DNA of 64,000 nt from Pyrinomonadaceae bacterium (GTDB lineage Bacteria; Acidobacteriota; Blastocatellia; Pyrinomonadales; Pyrinomonadaceae): positions 3,550 through 67,549 of the forward strand of contig JBAUGL010000066.1 of the NCBI GenBank assembly GCA_049679665.1, given 5' to 3'. The notes under the pieces are model-generated. The model worked only from the letters and a program-made list of their open reading frames with translations. It did no database searches and was not told the DNA's origin. This document shows, piece by piece, positions 53,227-62,763 of the stretch (the first letter of the stretch is position 1; each line of letters begins with the position of its first letter). The translations under genes and the position numbers were made by a program.

Positions 53227-54834
53227 ATGGATTTCATTTCTGAAAATCTTTTGACAATACTTATTTTGCTGCCGGTCTTCGGTGGACTGCTTGCGCTCGG
53301 CCACCAGATGTTTTGGAAACACGAACAACAGACAAAATGGATCACTCTCGGCTTTACGATCGTCAACTTTCTGATCTCACTGCTGCTTTTGGCCGACAAT
53401 GGGGTGGTTTCTGCGGCTGGGTTTTCGTTTGAGAGGAATGTGCCTTGGATCTCGGCGATCAACACTAATTACCACGTTGGTGTGGATGGACTAAGTATTT
53501 GGCTGGTGCTGTTAACCACGTTCATTATGCCGATCTCAGTGATCTCGGCTTGGAACGCGATTGAAAAATGGCCGACCGCTTTTTTTGTTTTCCTGCTTCT
53601 TCTCGAAAGTGCGATGATCGGCGTATTCGTATCGCTCGATCTGCTCGTTTTTTATCTGTTTTTCGAAGCGTCACTCGTGCCGATGTTCTTCCTAATTGGC
53701 ATCTGGGGTGGTCAGAACCGTATTTATGCCGCCGTCAAGTTTTTCATATTTACGGCACTCGGCAGCTTGCTCATGCTTGCGGCTATCATAGTCCTTTATT
53801 ACCTCCATGCTGATGCAACCGGGATCGGGTCGTTCGATTTTGTAACACTCCTTAATTCCCTTAAGATCGGTAATCTTGTGCTTGCTCCGCAGACCGGAAT
53901 GCTTTTGTTCCTGGCATTTGCGCTTGCGTTCTCTATCAAGGTTCCCATCTTTCCGTTCCATACTTGGCTGCCCGATGCGCATACTGAAGCTCCGACGGCT
54001 GGTTCGGTGATCCTGGCAGCGATCCTTTTGAAAATGGGCACTTACGGCCTAATGCGATTCAATTTCGCTTTTTTCCCTGAAGCGTCACGCGAGCTCGCCT
54101 GGATATTCATTATTCTCGCGATCATCGGGATCATTTATGGGGCCCTCGTCGCGATGGTACAGCCGGATATGAAGCGGCTTGTCGCTTATTCATCGGTCGC
54201 TCATATGGGGTTTGTGATCCTCGGGATGTTCTCGTTTACGGAATGGGGAATGCAAGGTGCACTTTACACCATGCTGGCCCACGGCGTTTCGACCGGAGCG
54301 CTATTCTTGCTTGTCGGATTTATTTATGAACGCCGGCATACCAGAGAGATCAAAGATTTCGGCGGCCTTGCGAATGTAATGCCAGTCTACGCGACGCTCT
54401 TCGTGATCACGACCATGGCGTCCATAGGCCTGCCGTTTCTCAATGGATTCGTAGGGGAATTCCTGATAATGGTTGGAATGTGGAAGTCGCAAATCTTGCT
54501 GATAACCGACGGTGTTAACTGGAACTATATCGCTACGATGTTTGCCGGCAGCGGTGTCATCTTCGCAGCTGTCTATCTGCTGTGGATGGTTCAGCGCGTC
54601 TTCTTCGGCAAGGTCACGAATCCGAAAAACAAGTTCCTCGGCGATCTGAGCTGGCGAGAGATCGGGTTGATGGTTCCTCTCCTTTTTCTAATGATTTATA
54701 TGGGTGTCTATCCGCGGCCGATCTTAGATTTGTCCGAAAAAAGCATCAACGCGATCAAGGAACGGGTTATGCATCAAGCAGGCGGAAGCGTCGACCACGC
54801 AAATGAAGGGGCCCGAGAGGTCATCGGCAATTGA
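53227..54834 (+). CDS. nuoM: NADH-quinone oxidoreductase subunit M
   Basis: KVPIFPFHTWLPDAHTEAPTAGSVILAAILLKMGTYG. Confidence 0.95.
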   Translation: MDFISENLLTILILLPVFGGLLALGHQMFWKHEQQTKWITLGFTIVNFLISLLLLADNGVVSAAGFSFERNVPWISAINTNYHVGVDGLSIWLVLLTTFIMPISVISAWNAIEKWPTAFFVFLLLLESAMIGVFVSLDLLVFYLFFEASLVPMFFLIGIWGGQNRIYAAVKFFIFTALGSLLMLAAIIVLYYLHADATGIGSFDFVTLLNSLKIGNLVLAPQTGMLLFLAFALAFSIKVPIFPFHTWLPDAHTEAPTAGSVILAAILLKMGTYGLMRFNFAFFPEASRELAWIFIILAIIGIIYGALVAMVQPDMKRLVAYSSVAHMGFVILGMFSFTEWGMQGALYTMLAHGVSTGALFLLVGFIYERRHTREIKDFGGLANVMPVYATLFVITTMASIGLPFLNGFVGEFLIMVGMWKSQILLITDGVNWNYIATMFAGSGVIFAAVYLLWMVQRVFFGKVTNPKNKFLGDLSWREIGLMVPLLFLMIYMGVYPRPILDLSEKSINAIKERVMHQAGGSVDHANEGAREVIGN

Positions 54835-54859
54835 ATTACGAATATAAAGCTCGAATCAA

Positions 54860-56404
54860 ATGAATACGATCTTATTAGCAGATATTGTTAATCCCAATGC
54901 AGATATAGGGTCCATCCTGCCCGAATTGATCGTTGCCGCAACCGGCGTGATCGTGATGCTCTACGACAGCTTTTTTCCAAGAGATCGGACCATAACCAGC
55001 GTCATCTCGCTTCTCGGGATTGTCGTATCCGCGGTGGTGCTCACTATGTTGTGGTCGGCCGGAAACACGGCGCCCGCTTCATCGTGGAATGGAATGATCG
55101 CGACCGATAATTTGCGGCTTGCGTTTTCTTTTGTGTTCCTGCTGGTTACCGCCCTGACGATCTTGATCTCTACGGTTTGGGTCGAACGCGAAGACGTCCC
55201 TGTCGGTGAGTACCATGCGCTTCTATTGTTCGCGACATTCGGGATGATGCTGATGGCCTCGGGTAACGATATGGTCGTGCTGTTTCTTGGCCTTGAGACA
55301 TCGTCGATCGCCACCTATGTAATGGCGGGGCTCAGAAAGACCGATCTCCGATCCAACGAATCCGCTATGAAATATTTTATTTTGGGTTCGTTCGCATCTG
55401 CATTTCTACTTTATGGTATGGCCTTGGTTTACGGAGCAACGGGTTCAACCAATATTCCCGAGATCGCGGCCAAAATATCTAACCCTAACTTCCCTGCGCT
55501 TCTGCTTGTCGCTGCAGCTATGATGATCGTCGGCTTCGGGTTCAAGGTCGCAACCGTCCCCTTTCACGTGTGGACACCGGATGTCTACGAGGGCGCACCT
55601 TCCGCGATAACAGGATTTATGGCAACTGGGCCAAAATCAGCCGCATTCGCCTCATTCCTCCGTGTTTTTGTGATCGGTTTTCCGCTGGTCGCGGGCGTAA
55701 AGGCATCGGGCTTTCTTCACGAAACTTGGATCACGACACTCGCGATCATGGCGATATTTTCAATGACCATCGGGAACGTTGCCGCAATTCTCCAAAATAA
55801 TGTGAAGCGAATGCTCGCCTATTCTTCGATAGCGCATGCGGGTTATGCACTGGTCGGCTTTATCGGGGCCGGTGTCGCCGTTTCGGTCCAGGGAAGGGAC
55901 GAAGCCGTGGCTGCCGTTGCTTTTTATTTACTGGCGTATGCAATAACAAATATTGGAGCCTTTGCGATCGTGACACTGGTTGGTCAGAAGAATGACCGCC
56001 GGGCCGAGTTTGATGACTACAACGGTATAGGTTTTCGGTCGCCGGTTATCGCCTTTAGCCTTGCCTTATTTATGCTCAGCCTTATGGGCCTCCCGCTAAC
56101 GGCCGGGTTTATGGCTAAAGTGCTTGTGTTTCGTCCGGCGCTCGAGAACGGGGAACCGCTGCTGGTCATTCTCGTGGTCGCGGCAGTGGTGAACACCGTT
56201 ATTTCGGCTTATTATTACCTTCGTCTCATTGTCGTAATGTTCTTCCGAGATCGAACGACGCAATGGATTGAACCGCGGATGACCATCGGTATGGCGACAG
56301 CGCTCGTTATCGCGGTCATGGGGGTCTTTTACCTCGGGATCTTTAGCGATCAATTGATAAGCAAATTTTCTGAAACGGTACCGTCACAGGTGCTTTTGAA
56401 ATAG
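54860..56404 (+). CDS. nuoN: NADH-quinone oxidoreductase subunit N
   Basis: KVATVPFHVWTPDVYEGAPSAITGFMATGPK and YSSIAHAGY. Confidence 0.95.
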   Translation: MNTILLADIVNPNADIGSILPELIVAATGVIVMLYDSFFPRDRTITSVISLLGIVVSAVVLTMLWSAGNTAPASSWNGMIATDNLRLAFSFVFLLVTALTILISTVWVEREDVPVGEYHALLLFATFGMMLMASGNDMVVLFLGLETSSIATYVMAGLRKTDLRSNESAMKYFILGSFASAFLLYGMALVYGATGSTNIPEIAAKISNPNFPALLLVAAAMMIVGFGFKVATVPFHVWTPDVYEGAPSAITGFMATGPKSAAFASFLRVFVIGFPLVAGVKASGFLHETWITTLAIMAIFSMTIGNVAAILQNNVKRMLAYSSIAHAGYALVGFIGAGVAVSVQGRDEAVAAVAFYLLAYAITNIGAFAIVTLVGQKNDRRAEFDDYNGIGFRSPVIAFSLALFMLSLMGLPLTAGFMAKVLVFRPALENGEPLLVILVVAAVVNTVISAYYYLRLIVVMFFRDRTTQWIEPRMTIGMATALVIAVMGVFYLGIFSDQLISKFSETVPSQVLLK

Positions 56405-56410
56405 GAATTG

Positions 56411-57037
56411 ATGTACCGAGACGTCGATATCGAGACTTGGCCGCGTCGTACGGCATTTGAGTATTTTAGGGATTACGACGACCCATTTTTTAATATTGCG
56501 GCTAATTTAGATGTCACACAGCTTTATGCATACGTAAAAGACTCCCGGCTCTCATATGCTTTAGCAGCGCTGTTTTATTCCCAGGAAAGTGCAAACGAGA
56601 TACGGGAATTCAAGATCAGACTCCTGAATGACCGGCCGGTCGAATGTGATTCGGTACACGCCACACAGACCATCCTGAATCCGGACGAATCGTTTTCGTT
56701 TTGTTATTTTGAGAATCGAACGGATGTGTTCGAATACGTTCGGTATGGACGTGAGGCGACTGCGATATATAAAGAGCGGAAGACATTCGATGTCGAAAGC
56801 GGTCGATTGGATCTGATCTATTATTCAGTAATTCCATGGATTTCGTTTACAAGCTTTAAGCACGCGAGCCGAATAGATAATCGCCAAACGGTACCTAGGA
56901 TCGTTTTTGGCAAAATATTCGATTCGGGTCCCTTAAAACTGATGCCTGTCTCGGTGGAGGTCAACCACGCGATAATGGACGGACTTCATGTAGGCAAGTA
57001 CTTTGCGAGCTTTCAGGATAAGATCCGTTCGCTTTGA
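56411..57037 (+). CDS. Type-A chloramphenicol O-acetyltransferase (CAT) family protein
   Basis: DIETWPRRTAFEYF opening and catalytic-His region VEVNHAIMDGLHVGKYF (compare HHAVCDGFH). Length of about 208 aa. Starts 6 nt after the nuoN stop. Confidence 0.85.
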   Translation: MYRDVDIETWPRRTAFEYFRDYDDPFFNIAANLDVTQLYAYVKDSRLSYALAALFYSQESANEIREFKIRLLNDRPVECDSVHATQTILNPDESFSFCYFENRTDVFEYVRYGREATAIYKERKTFDVESGRLDLIYYSVIPWISFTSFKHASRIDNRQTVPRIVFGKIFDSGPLKLMPVSVEVNHAIMDGLHVGKYFASFQDKIRSL

Positions 57038-57059
57038 CATTGTGCACGCCCGTTTTTCG

Positions 57060-57539
57060 ATGCCCGAAATAGTTTCACGAGTCAAGGAAAAGCTGGGGAC
57101 CGAGTGGATACCAGTCATTTACAGAGAGAAGGTCCGATCACAGCGGACGCGTTTGTACCGGCTCGATGATTTGTATCGCGGCAGTGACCCGATCATTATG
57201 CACACGCTTCTCGGCATAGAACTGAAGGCGGGAAAAACTCGGATCAGCTGCCCGGACCTTGCGACAGCACGGTATTTACGTGTTTTTGCCCGATTCGGAT
57301 GTCGTGAATTTGCAATACCATACGACATTACAAAGATCTCGGCGATAGCGGACCAGATGGAGGTCGCCTGGCACAGGTTAATGCTGACTATCGACGATGA
57401 AACGGCTGGTAAGTCGAAGCGATCTCGCGGTTTTGCCCGCTCATTGGTGATCCGTGAAATGCGCAGAGAGATCGAAGAAACGGGAGCCGGTGCCGTGATG
57501 CCTGAGTTCAGTAAAACAACCAAGCAAATCGCGGATTAG
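57060..57539 (+). CDS. Hypothetical protein
   Basis: Intact same-strand ORF between the CAT and GATase-like genes. No motif recognised. Confidence 0.5.
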   Translation: MPEIVSRVKEKLGTEWIPVIYREKVRSQRTRLYRLDDLYRGSDPIIMHTLLGIELKAGKTRISCPDLATARYLRVFARFGCREFAIPYDITKISAIADQMEVAWHRLMLTIDDETAGKSKRSRGFARSLVIREMRREIEETGAGAVMPEFSKTTKQIAD

Positions 57540-57556
57540 AACTTTCATCGAAGTTA

Positions 57557-58519
57557 ATGACGCTTTTGCAAACCGGCATAGTTTGCGGTATTTTTGTAAC
57601 GCTTATGTTTGATGGAATGACTACAACTAACGAACTGGAAACGCTTCCGTTTCCCTATTCAAGGAATTCTTACTGCCGGTATGAGCCTTTTGAGAAGAAG
57701 ATCGGTCATGCGAAGGTCTTGATCGTAAATGACCTGCTTCGTTATGAATCTGACCTTTCTCCGCTTGCACTGGCCGAATGGAGCGGTTCGATCGATGGCA
57801 AACTCGAGTTCGAGCGATTTGTATCCTCGATGGCATGCAACAATATCGCTAAGAATGTATTGCGCCTCGTCAAAAATCCGAAAACCCTTACTGTTCACTT
57901 ATCTGAGATCGCCGATGCTGCAAGGGATTTCGCTCCGGATGCGATCGTGATGAGCGGCTCTTTCAGCGATTTCGATTATTATAATTTTGATCATCTCCAG
58001 GGATTTGAGAAATTTATAGTAGAAACAAAGATCCCGGTCCTGGCAATATGCGGTGCGCATCAGCTCGTCGGTCAGGCGTTCGGCTCCCGACTCACGACTC
58101 TCGACGACGTCGAATTATCTGAAAAGCGCAACGATCGAATGGTCGAATATCAGTACCGTTTTATCAAGATCGTGGACAAGTCTGACCCGATCTTTGACGG
58201 TATCGATGACCAGGTCTCGGGCATTTGGCAGGATTATACGAAAGATGATGACATACTTCGGGTCTGGCAAAATCACGGTGTCCAGGTCGAAGGTGTTCCC
58301 GAAGGTTTCAAGCTTCTTGCATCGTCCTACCTTTGCAAAAATCAAATGATGGTCAAACGCTCATCGGGTCAGCTTATCTACGGCGTACAGTTTCATTTAG
58401 AGAAGTCCTTCGAAGATTGGTCCAAGAATCCCACCCGTTGGGAGCATCAAAACGAATCCCGCGACGGCCGCATCCTGTTTGAAAATTTCCTCGAGCTCGC
58501 TATAGCCCACAGATATTGA
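57557..58519 (+). CDS. Class I glutamine amidotransferase-like protein with N-terminal extension
   Basis: Nucleophile elbow VLAICGAHQLVGQAFG and His/Glu region GVQFHLE. Confidence 0.75.
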   Translation: MTLLQTGIVCGIFVTLMFDGMTTTNELETLPFPYSRNSYCRYEPFEKKIGHAKVLIVNDLLRYESDLSPLALAEWSGSIDGKLEFERFVSSMACNNIAKNVLRLVKNPKTLTVHLSEIADAARDFAPDAIVMSGSFSDFDYYNFDHLQGFEKFIVETKIPVLAICGAHQLVGQAFGSRLTTLDDVELSEKRNDRMVEYQYRFIKIVDKSDPIFDGIDDQVSGIWQDYTKDDDILRVWQNHGVQVEGVPEGFKLLASSYLCKNQMMVKRSSGQLIYGVQFHLEKSFEDWSKNPTRWEHQNESRDGRILFENFLELAIAHRY

Positions 58520-58646
58520 AAAAACTCTTGCCCTAAAATTGGAATTGTAATAAAGTCGATTCTCCACCCACTATGTGAGCGAATTTACACTCCGGTGATG
58601 TTCGCCTGTTAGTTTCGTAGATCCCTTCGGATCAAGGAGAATAAGA

Positions 58647-59165
58647 ATGACTAAGTTTCGGACTATGGCCATCGCACTTTCGATGGCTTTCATTATGTTT
58701 ACCGGAAATTCTAACGCACAAGGCGAAAAGACTTTGTATGAGCGCCTCGGCGGTGAAGGCGCCGTCTCGGCTGTCATAGATGACTTTGTAGGCCGTGCGG
58801 CCGCCGATGATCGCGTGAACAAGAAATTTGGTAAGACCAATATAGAACGCGTGACATTTCATCTAAAACAGCAAGTTTGCGAGGTTACTGGCGGCCCCTG
58901 CAAATATACAGGGCTGAGCATGAAAAAGACGCACAAAAATATGAAGGTCACCTCTGGTGAATTCAATGCCCTGGTCGAAGACCTTATAGCGACACTCGAC
59001 AAATTTAAGGTTCCGGATAAGGAGAAAGATGAGCTGCTTGGGCTGCGTGGGTCCCTGAAGGGAGACATCGTTGAGGTGGATTCATCCGATACAGGAACAC
59101 CTTTGCCAAATAAATTCAAGCCGGCTCCACCCCTTAAGAGCAAGGCGAAGAGTAGCCCCTATTAG
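58647..59165 (+). CDS. Group I truncated hemoglobin (trHbN-like) with N-terminal signal peptide and C-terminal extension
   Basis: Signal peptide [25 protein letters not shown], then [32 protein letters not shown] ... [22 protein letters not shown], the 2-on-2 globin pattern. AAGGAG Shine-Dalgarno sequence. Confidence 0.85.
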   Translation: MTKFRTMAIALSMAFIMFTGNSNAQGEKTLYERLGGEGAVSAVIDDFVGRAAADDRVNKKFGKTNIERVTFHLKQQVCEVTGGPCKYTGLSMKKTHKNMKVTSGEFNALVEDLIATLDKFKVPDKEKDELLGLRGSLKGDIVEVDSSDTGTPLPNKFKPAPPLKSKAKSSPY

Positions 59166-59221
59166 CCATTCGAACACGAAGATACCTTCTGATCTGAGGG
59201 CTCTTCTGGAAACGGCGGGAT

Positions 59222-59290
59222 CACGTTGAACGGATTGAACACGTTGAACACGTTGAACACTTGAACACTTGAACACTTGAACGTTGAACC
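59222..59290. repeat. Eight tandem TTGAAC-containing units with 9/9/9/8/8/8/7-nt periodicity
   Basis: TTGAAC at 59225, 59234, 59243, 59252, 59260, 59268, 59276 and 59283, in the 131-bp gap between convergent genes. Confidence 0.85.
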
Positions 59291-59296
59291 GTTTAG

Positions 59297-60418
59297 CTAA
59301 TCGAAGCAAGGTGCAGGCACATTCTCCAGCGTATTCTTCATTAGCATATCGACCACAGCGTTGAAATCCCCGCCGGATTCTTCGTACACTTTGAGTTGTT
59401 CGTCCGCCGACGTTCCGCGATCGAGAATGGTGTGAACATGGTCGATCTCCTTTCGCGAATCGAGCGGATCGACCACGTCATCGACAAATTCCAGAAGTTC
59501 GCGGATCAAATCCTTCACCGGTACTTCTTTTTGCTTTCCGAGATCGAGCAGCATCCCGTCCAGCCCATATCGGATTGCCCGCCATTTGTTCTCCTGGATC
59601 AAACGACGGTGATAAAGCCGGAACCCGAGATTTTTGTCGATCAGGATCGTCAGTTTCGCGACGATCGCCTGAAACAGCGCCGCGACGGCAATTGTGTCGT
59701 CGACACGCGTCGGAATGTCACAAATGCGGAACTCCAAAGTCGGAAACAGATGGTGCGGTCGGACATCCCACCAGATCTTCGAACCGTTTTGGATACAGTT
59801 CATTTTTATCAACAGATCGACGTAACTTTGATATTGCTGAAATGACTCAAAATGATCAGGGATCTCTGTTCGGGGAAACTTTTTGAAAACTTCACAGCGG
59901 TAAGATTTCAGACCCGTGTTAAACCCAAGCCAGAACGGTGACGACGTGGTCAGAGCCAAAACATGAGGCAGAAAATAACGGGCAGCATTCATAATGTGAA
60001 TGCGGCGGTCGAGATCCGGAATACCGACGTGCACGTGTACGCCAAAAATTAAGAGACTCCGAGCTACCATCTGCAGTTCGTCCACAAGCAGCTTATATCG
60101 GTCACCCTCGTAAATCTCTTGTTCTGACCATTTCGAAAACGGGTGGGTCGAAGCGGCGACGATTGCCATTCCTTTTTTTTGAGCGAGATCCGAGATGATG
60201 CATCTAAGCTTTGTAATGTCCTCACGAGCCTCTTGGATATTGGCGCACACGCCAGTTCCGACCTCGATCATGGACTGGATCATTTCCGGCTTGATCTTCT
60301 CCCCGAGAAGCAATTTCCCTTCTTCGAGAATTTCGGAAACGTGCGATTTTAGCTCGCGCGTTTCGGGGTCAACAATCTGAAATTCTTCCTCGATCCCGAG
60401 AGTAAATTGTTCAAACAT
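59297..60418 (-). CDS. ybdK: Carboxylate-amine ligase, YbdK / glutamate-cysteine ligase family 2
   Basis: FTLGIEEEFQIVDPETREL opening and GVHVHVG motif typical of GCS2. ATG at 60418. Confidence 0.88.
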   Translation of the reverse strand: MFEQFTLGIEEEFQIVDPETRELKSHVSEILEEGKLLLGEKIKPEMIQSMIEVGTGVCANIQEAREDITKLRCIISDLAQKKGMAIVAASTHPFSKWSEQEIYEGDRYKLLVDELQMVARSLLIFGVHVHVGIPDLDRRIHIMNAARYFLPHVLALTTSSPFWLGFNTGLKSYRCEVFKKFPRTEIPDHFESFQQYQSYVDLLIKMNCIQNGSKIWWDVRPHHLFPTLEFRICDIPTRVDDTIAVAALFQAIVAKLTILIDKNLGFRLYHRRLIQENKWRAIRYGLDGMLLDLGKQKEVPVKDLIRELLEFVDDVVDPLDSRKEIDHVHTILDRGTSADEQLKVYEESGGDFNAVVDMLMKNTLENVPAPCFD

Positions 60419-60464
60419 ACTATTACCTAATTCCAATTTCCTATTATGTAGAAGTCTATCACTA

Positions 60465-61346
60465 TCACTTGGACATAGTCTTAGCGATCTCTAAAAATGC
60501 TTCCGCCGCATGTGACAAGACGGAGTTTTTGCGATAGATGAAATTCAGTTTCCTTTCCAGCTTCATCTCGTTCACTGATATCCCGACCAGTTCGCCCCGG
60601 GCGACTTCGTGCTCTGCAGAAAGTTTCGGGATCAACGCCACCCCGACGTTGCGGCTAACGAGCCTCTTGATCGCTTCGAGCGAAGGCAATTCGATGGCAA
60701 TATTTAAACGTACACGGTGTTTTTCAAATGTTTCGATAACGCGTCGGCGATAAGGCGACGGCGCATTATGCGCTATAAATATCTCGTCCGCGAGTTCCCT
60801 TACCTGAACGGTCGATTTCGTTCGCAAACGGTGAGATGGACCGACGATCAGAAGCAATTCGTCTGTCAACACCGGCACCGATATTAGCGACGGGTCGTTT
60901 GGCATGAACGAAATAACGCCAAGCTCGACCTCGCGTCCCGTGATCTCCTTTGGGATCCTGCTGGCCACGCCGCGGCGGACCTCGATCTTTACTAGTGGAT
61001 GCCGTAGCCGAAATTCCTCGATCACCGGAAGTAAATAAAAAACGGTATGTTCGTTCGCGCTGATCGATACCTTCCCCTGATGGAGATCGGCCATTTCACG
61101 TATAGCATTCTCAGCCGAATTACGGAGGTTAAGCATCTGTTGCGCATAGTCCAGTAGAACTTCCCCGGCAGACGTAAGGGTCCCGTCTTTTGACGACCGG
61201 TCGAAAAGTTTTTCCCCAAGTTCGGTTTCGAGTCTTCTTATCGCCTGGCTGACCGCAGGTTGCGTCCGATCTAGCACATCCGCAGCTCGCGAAAAGCTCT
61301 TCTCGCGAGCCACTGTGGCCAAAACCTCCAGTTGATTAATGTCCAT
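60465..61346 (-). CDS. LysR-family transcriptional regulator
   Basis: N-terminal HTH LEVLATVAREKSFSRAADVLDRTQPAVSQAIRRLE plus a LysR substrate-binding domain. Divergent from leuA. Confidence 0.92.
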   Translation of the reverse strand: MDINQLEVLATVAREKSFSRAADVLDRTQPAVSQAIRRLETELGEKLFDRSSKDGTLTSAGEVLLDYAQQMLNLRNSAENAIREMADLHQGKVSISANEHTVFYLLPVIEEFRLRHPLVKIEVRRGVASRIPKEITGREVELGVISFMPNDPSLISVPVLTDELLLIVGPSHRLRTKSTVQVRELADEIFIAHNAPSPYRRRVIETFEKHRVRLNIAIELPSLEAIKRLVSRNVGVALIPKLSAEHEVARGELVGISVNEMKLERKLNFIYRKNSVLSHAAEAFLEIAKTMSK

Positions 61347-61580
61347 TAAAGGGTTCCGAAAGTCTCAAAGGATAGACAACAAAATCTTTTCCGCGTTACG
61401 AAACAATATTATCAAAACTTCTGATTAGATAACAGGATATAACTCAACATAGGTCCAGCAACGAAGAATTTGAATTATAATTATTTATGCTTATCTAGGA
61501 TACATAATCTTGACTTTGAGGTCTGTGACTATTAATATCTATTTTTCGGCGAATGAATTATACAATCTACGGGAGTTTTT

Positions 61581-62750
61581 ATGGGTCACGATAGAATTGC
61601 GATATTCGACACAACGCTTCGCGACGGCGAACAGTCACCCGGCTGTTCCATGTATCTGGAGGAAAAGGTGGCCTTTGCGCACCAATTGGAACTCCTCGGA
61701 GTTGACGTGATCGAATCAGGTTTCCCGATCGCCTCCGATGGAGATTACCGGTCTGTCCGGGCGGTCGCAGCTGAATGTAGAAATTCGGTCATCGCGGGTC
61801 TCGCCCGAACGGTCCCTGAGGATATCCTGCGGGCAGCTGACGCCCTAAAAGACGCTTCACGATCTCGGATTCACACGTTTGTCGCGACTTCGGACATTCA
61901 CATGGAGTTCAAACTGAAGAAGAGTCGGGACGATGTTATCCGGATGACCAAGAATGCTGTTCAACTTGCCGCCGATAATGCGGACGAGGTCGAATTCTCC
62001 GCTGAAGACGCCACAAGAAGCGATCTGGATTTTTTGACTGATGTATTTAGTACAGCCGTTGAAGCGGGTGCAACGATACTTAACATCCCCGACACGGTCG
62101 GATATACGTTCCCCTCCGAATTCGCTGCCCTTGTTCGAACGATTAGAGAGCGAGTGGCAGGCGATAACGTCACGATCAGTGTTCATTGTCATAACGACTT
62201 AGGGCTCGCCGTGGCGAACAGCCTCGCAGCCATAGAAGCTGGGGCGCGGCAGGTAGAGTGTACCGTCAATGGAATCGGCGAGCGTGCCGGAAATTGTTCG
62301 CTAGAGGAGTTTGTAATGGCCGGTACCGTGCGTGCTGACCAAATGCCGTATTCAAATAACGTCGATACGACACAATTATATCCAACAAGCCAATTGCTCT
62401 CGTCTATTATCAGTTTCGGCGTCCAGCCGAATAAGGCAATTGTCGGCAGAAATGCATTTGCACACGAAGCAGGCATCCACCAACACGGCGTTTTGAGCAA
62501 TCCGCTTTGTTACGAGATCATGACGCCCGAATCGGTCGGCGTCCCGAAGAACGATATAGTTCTTGGCAAACATTCCGGGAAACACGCGCTTCAAGCGCGG
62601 TATCAGTCACTCGGGTTGGAACTAAGCAATGATGACATTCAGGATATTTATGGTAGATTCATCCATCTTGCAGATCGAAAGAAGAACATTTTTGATCAGG
62701 ACCTTTTAGCCCTGCTGCCTGCATCGTCACCGAGGGCGATAGCAGCCTAA
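61581..62750 (+). CDS. leuA: 2-isopropylmalate synthase-family enzyme, short form without the C-terminal regulatory domain (LeuA/CimA/homocitrate synthase-like)
   Basis: [36 protein letters not shown]. At 389 aa it ends shortly after the catalytic TIM barrel and subdomain. leuB and leuC follow. Confidence 0.8.
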   Translation: MGHDRIAIFDTTLRDGEQSPGCSMYLEEKVAFAHQLELLGVDVIESGFPIASDGDYRSVRAVAAECRNSVIAGLARTVPEDILRAADALKDASRSRIHTFVATSDIHMEFKLKKSRDDVIRMTKNAVQLAADNADEVEFSAEDATRSDLDFLTDVFSTAVEAGATILNIPDTVGYTFPSEFAALVRTIRERVAGDNVTISVHCHNDLGLAVANSLAAIEAGARQVECTVNGIGERAGNCSLEEFVMAGTVRADQMPYSNNVDTTQLYPTSQLLSSIISFGVQPNKAIVGRNAFAHEAGIHQHGVLSNPLCYEIMTPESVGVPKNDIVLGKHSGKHALQARYQSLGLELSNDDIQDIYGRFIHLADRKKNIFDQDLLALLPASSPRAIAA

Positions 62751-62763
62751 GTCATTAGATATT

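Noticed and set aside
61347-61580. Leucine leader peptide or attenuator upstream of leuA (ORF 61510-61710)
   Set aside because: The ORF is not Leu-rich, starts with a non-ATG codon and overlaps leuA out of frame. I saw no terminator/antiterminator pair.
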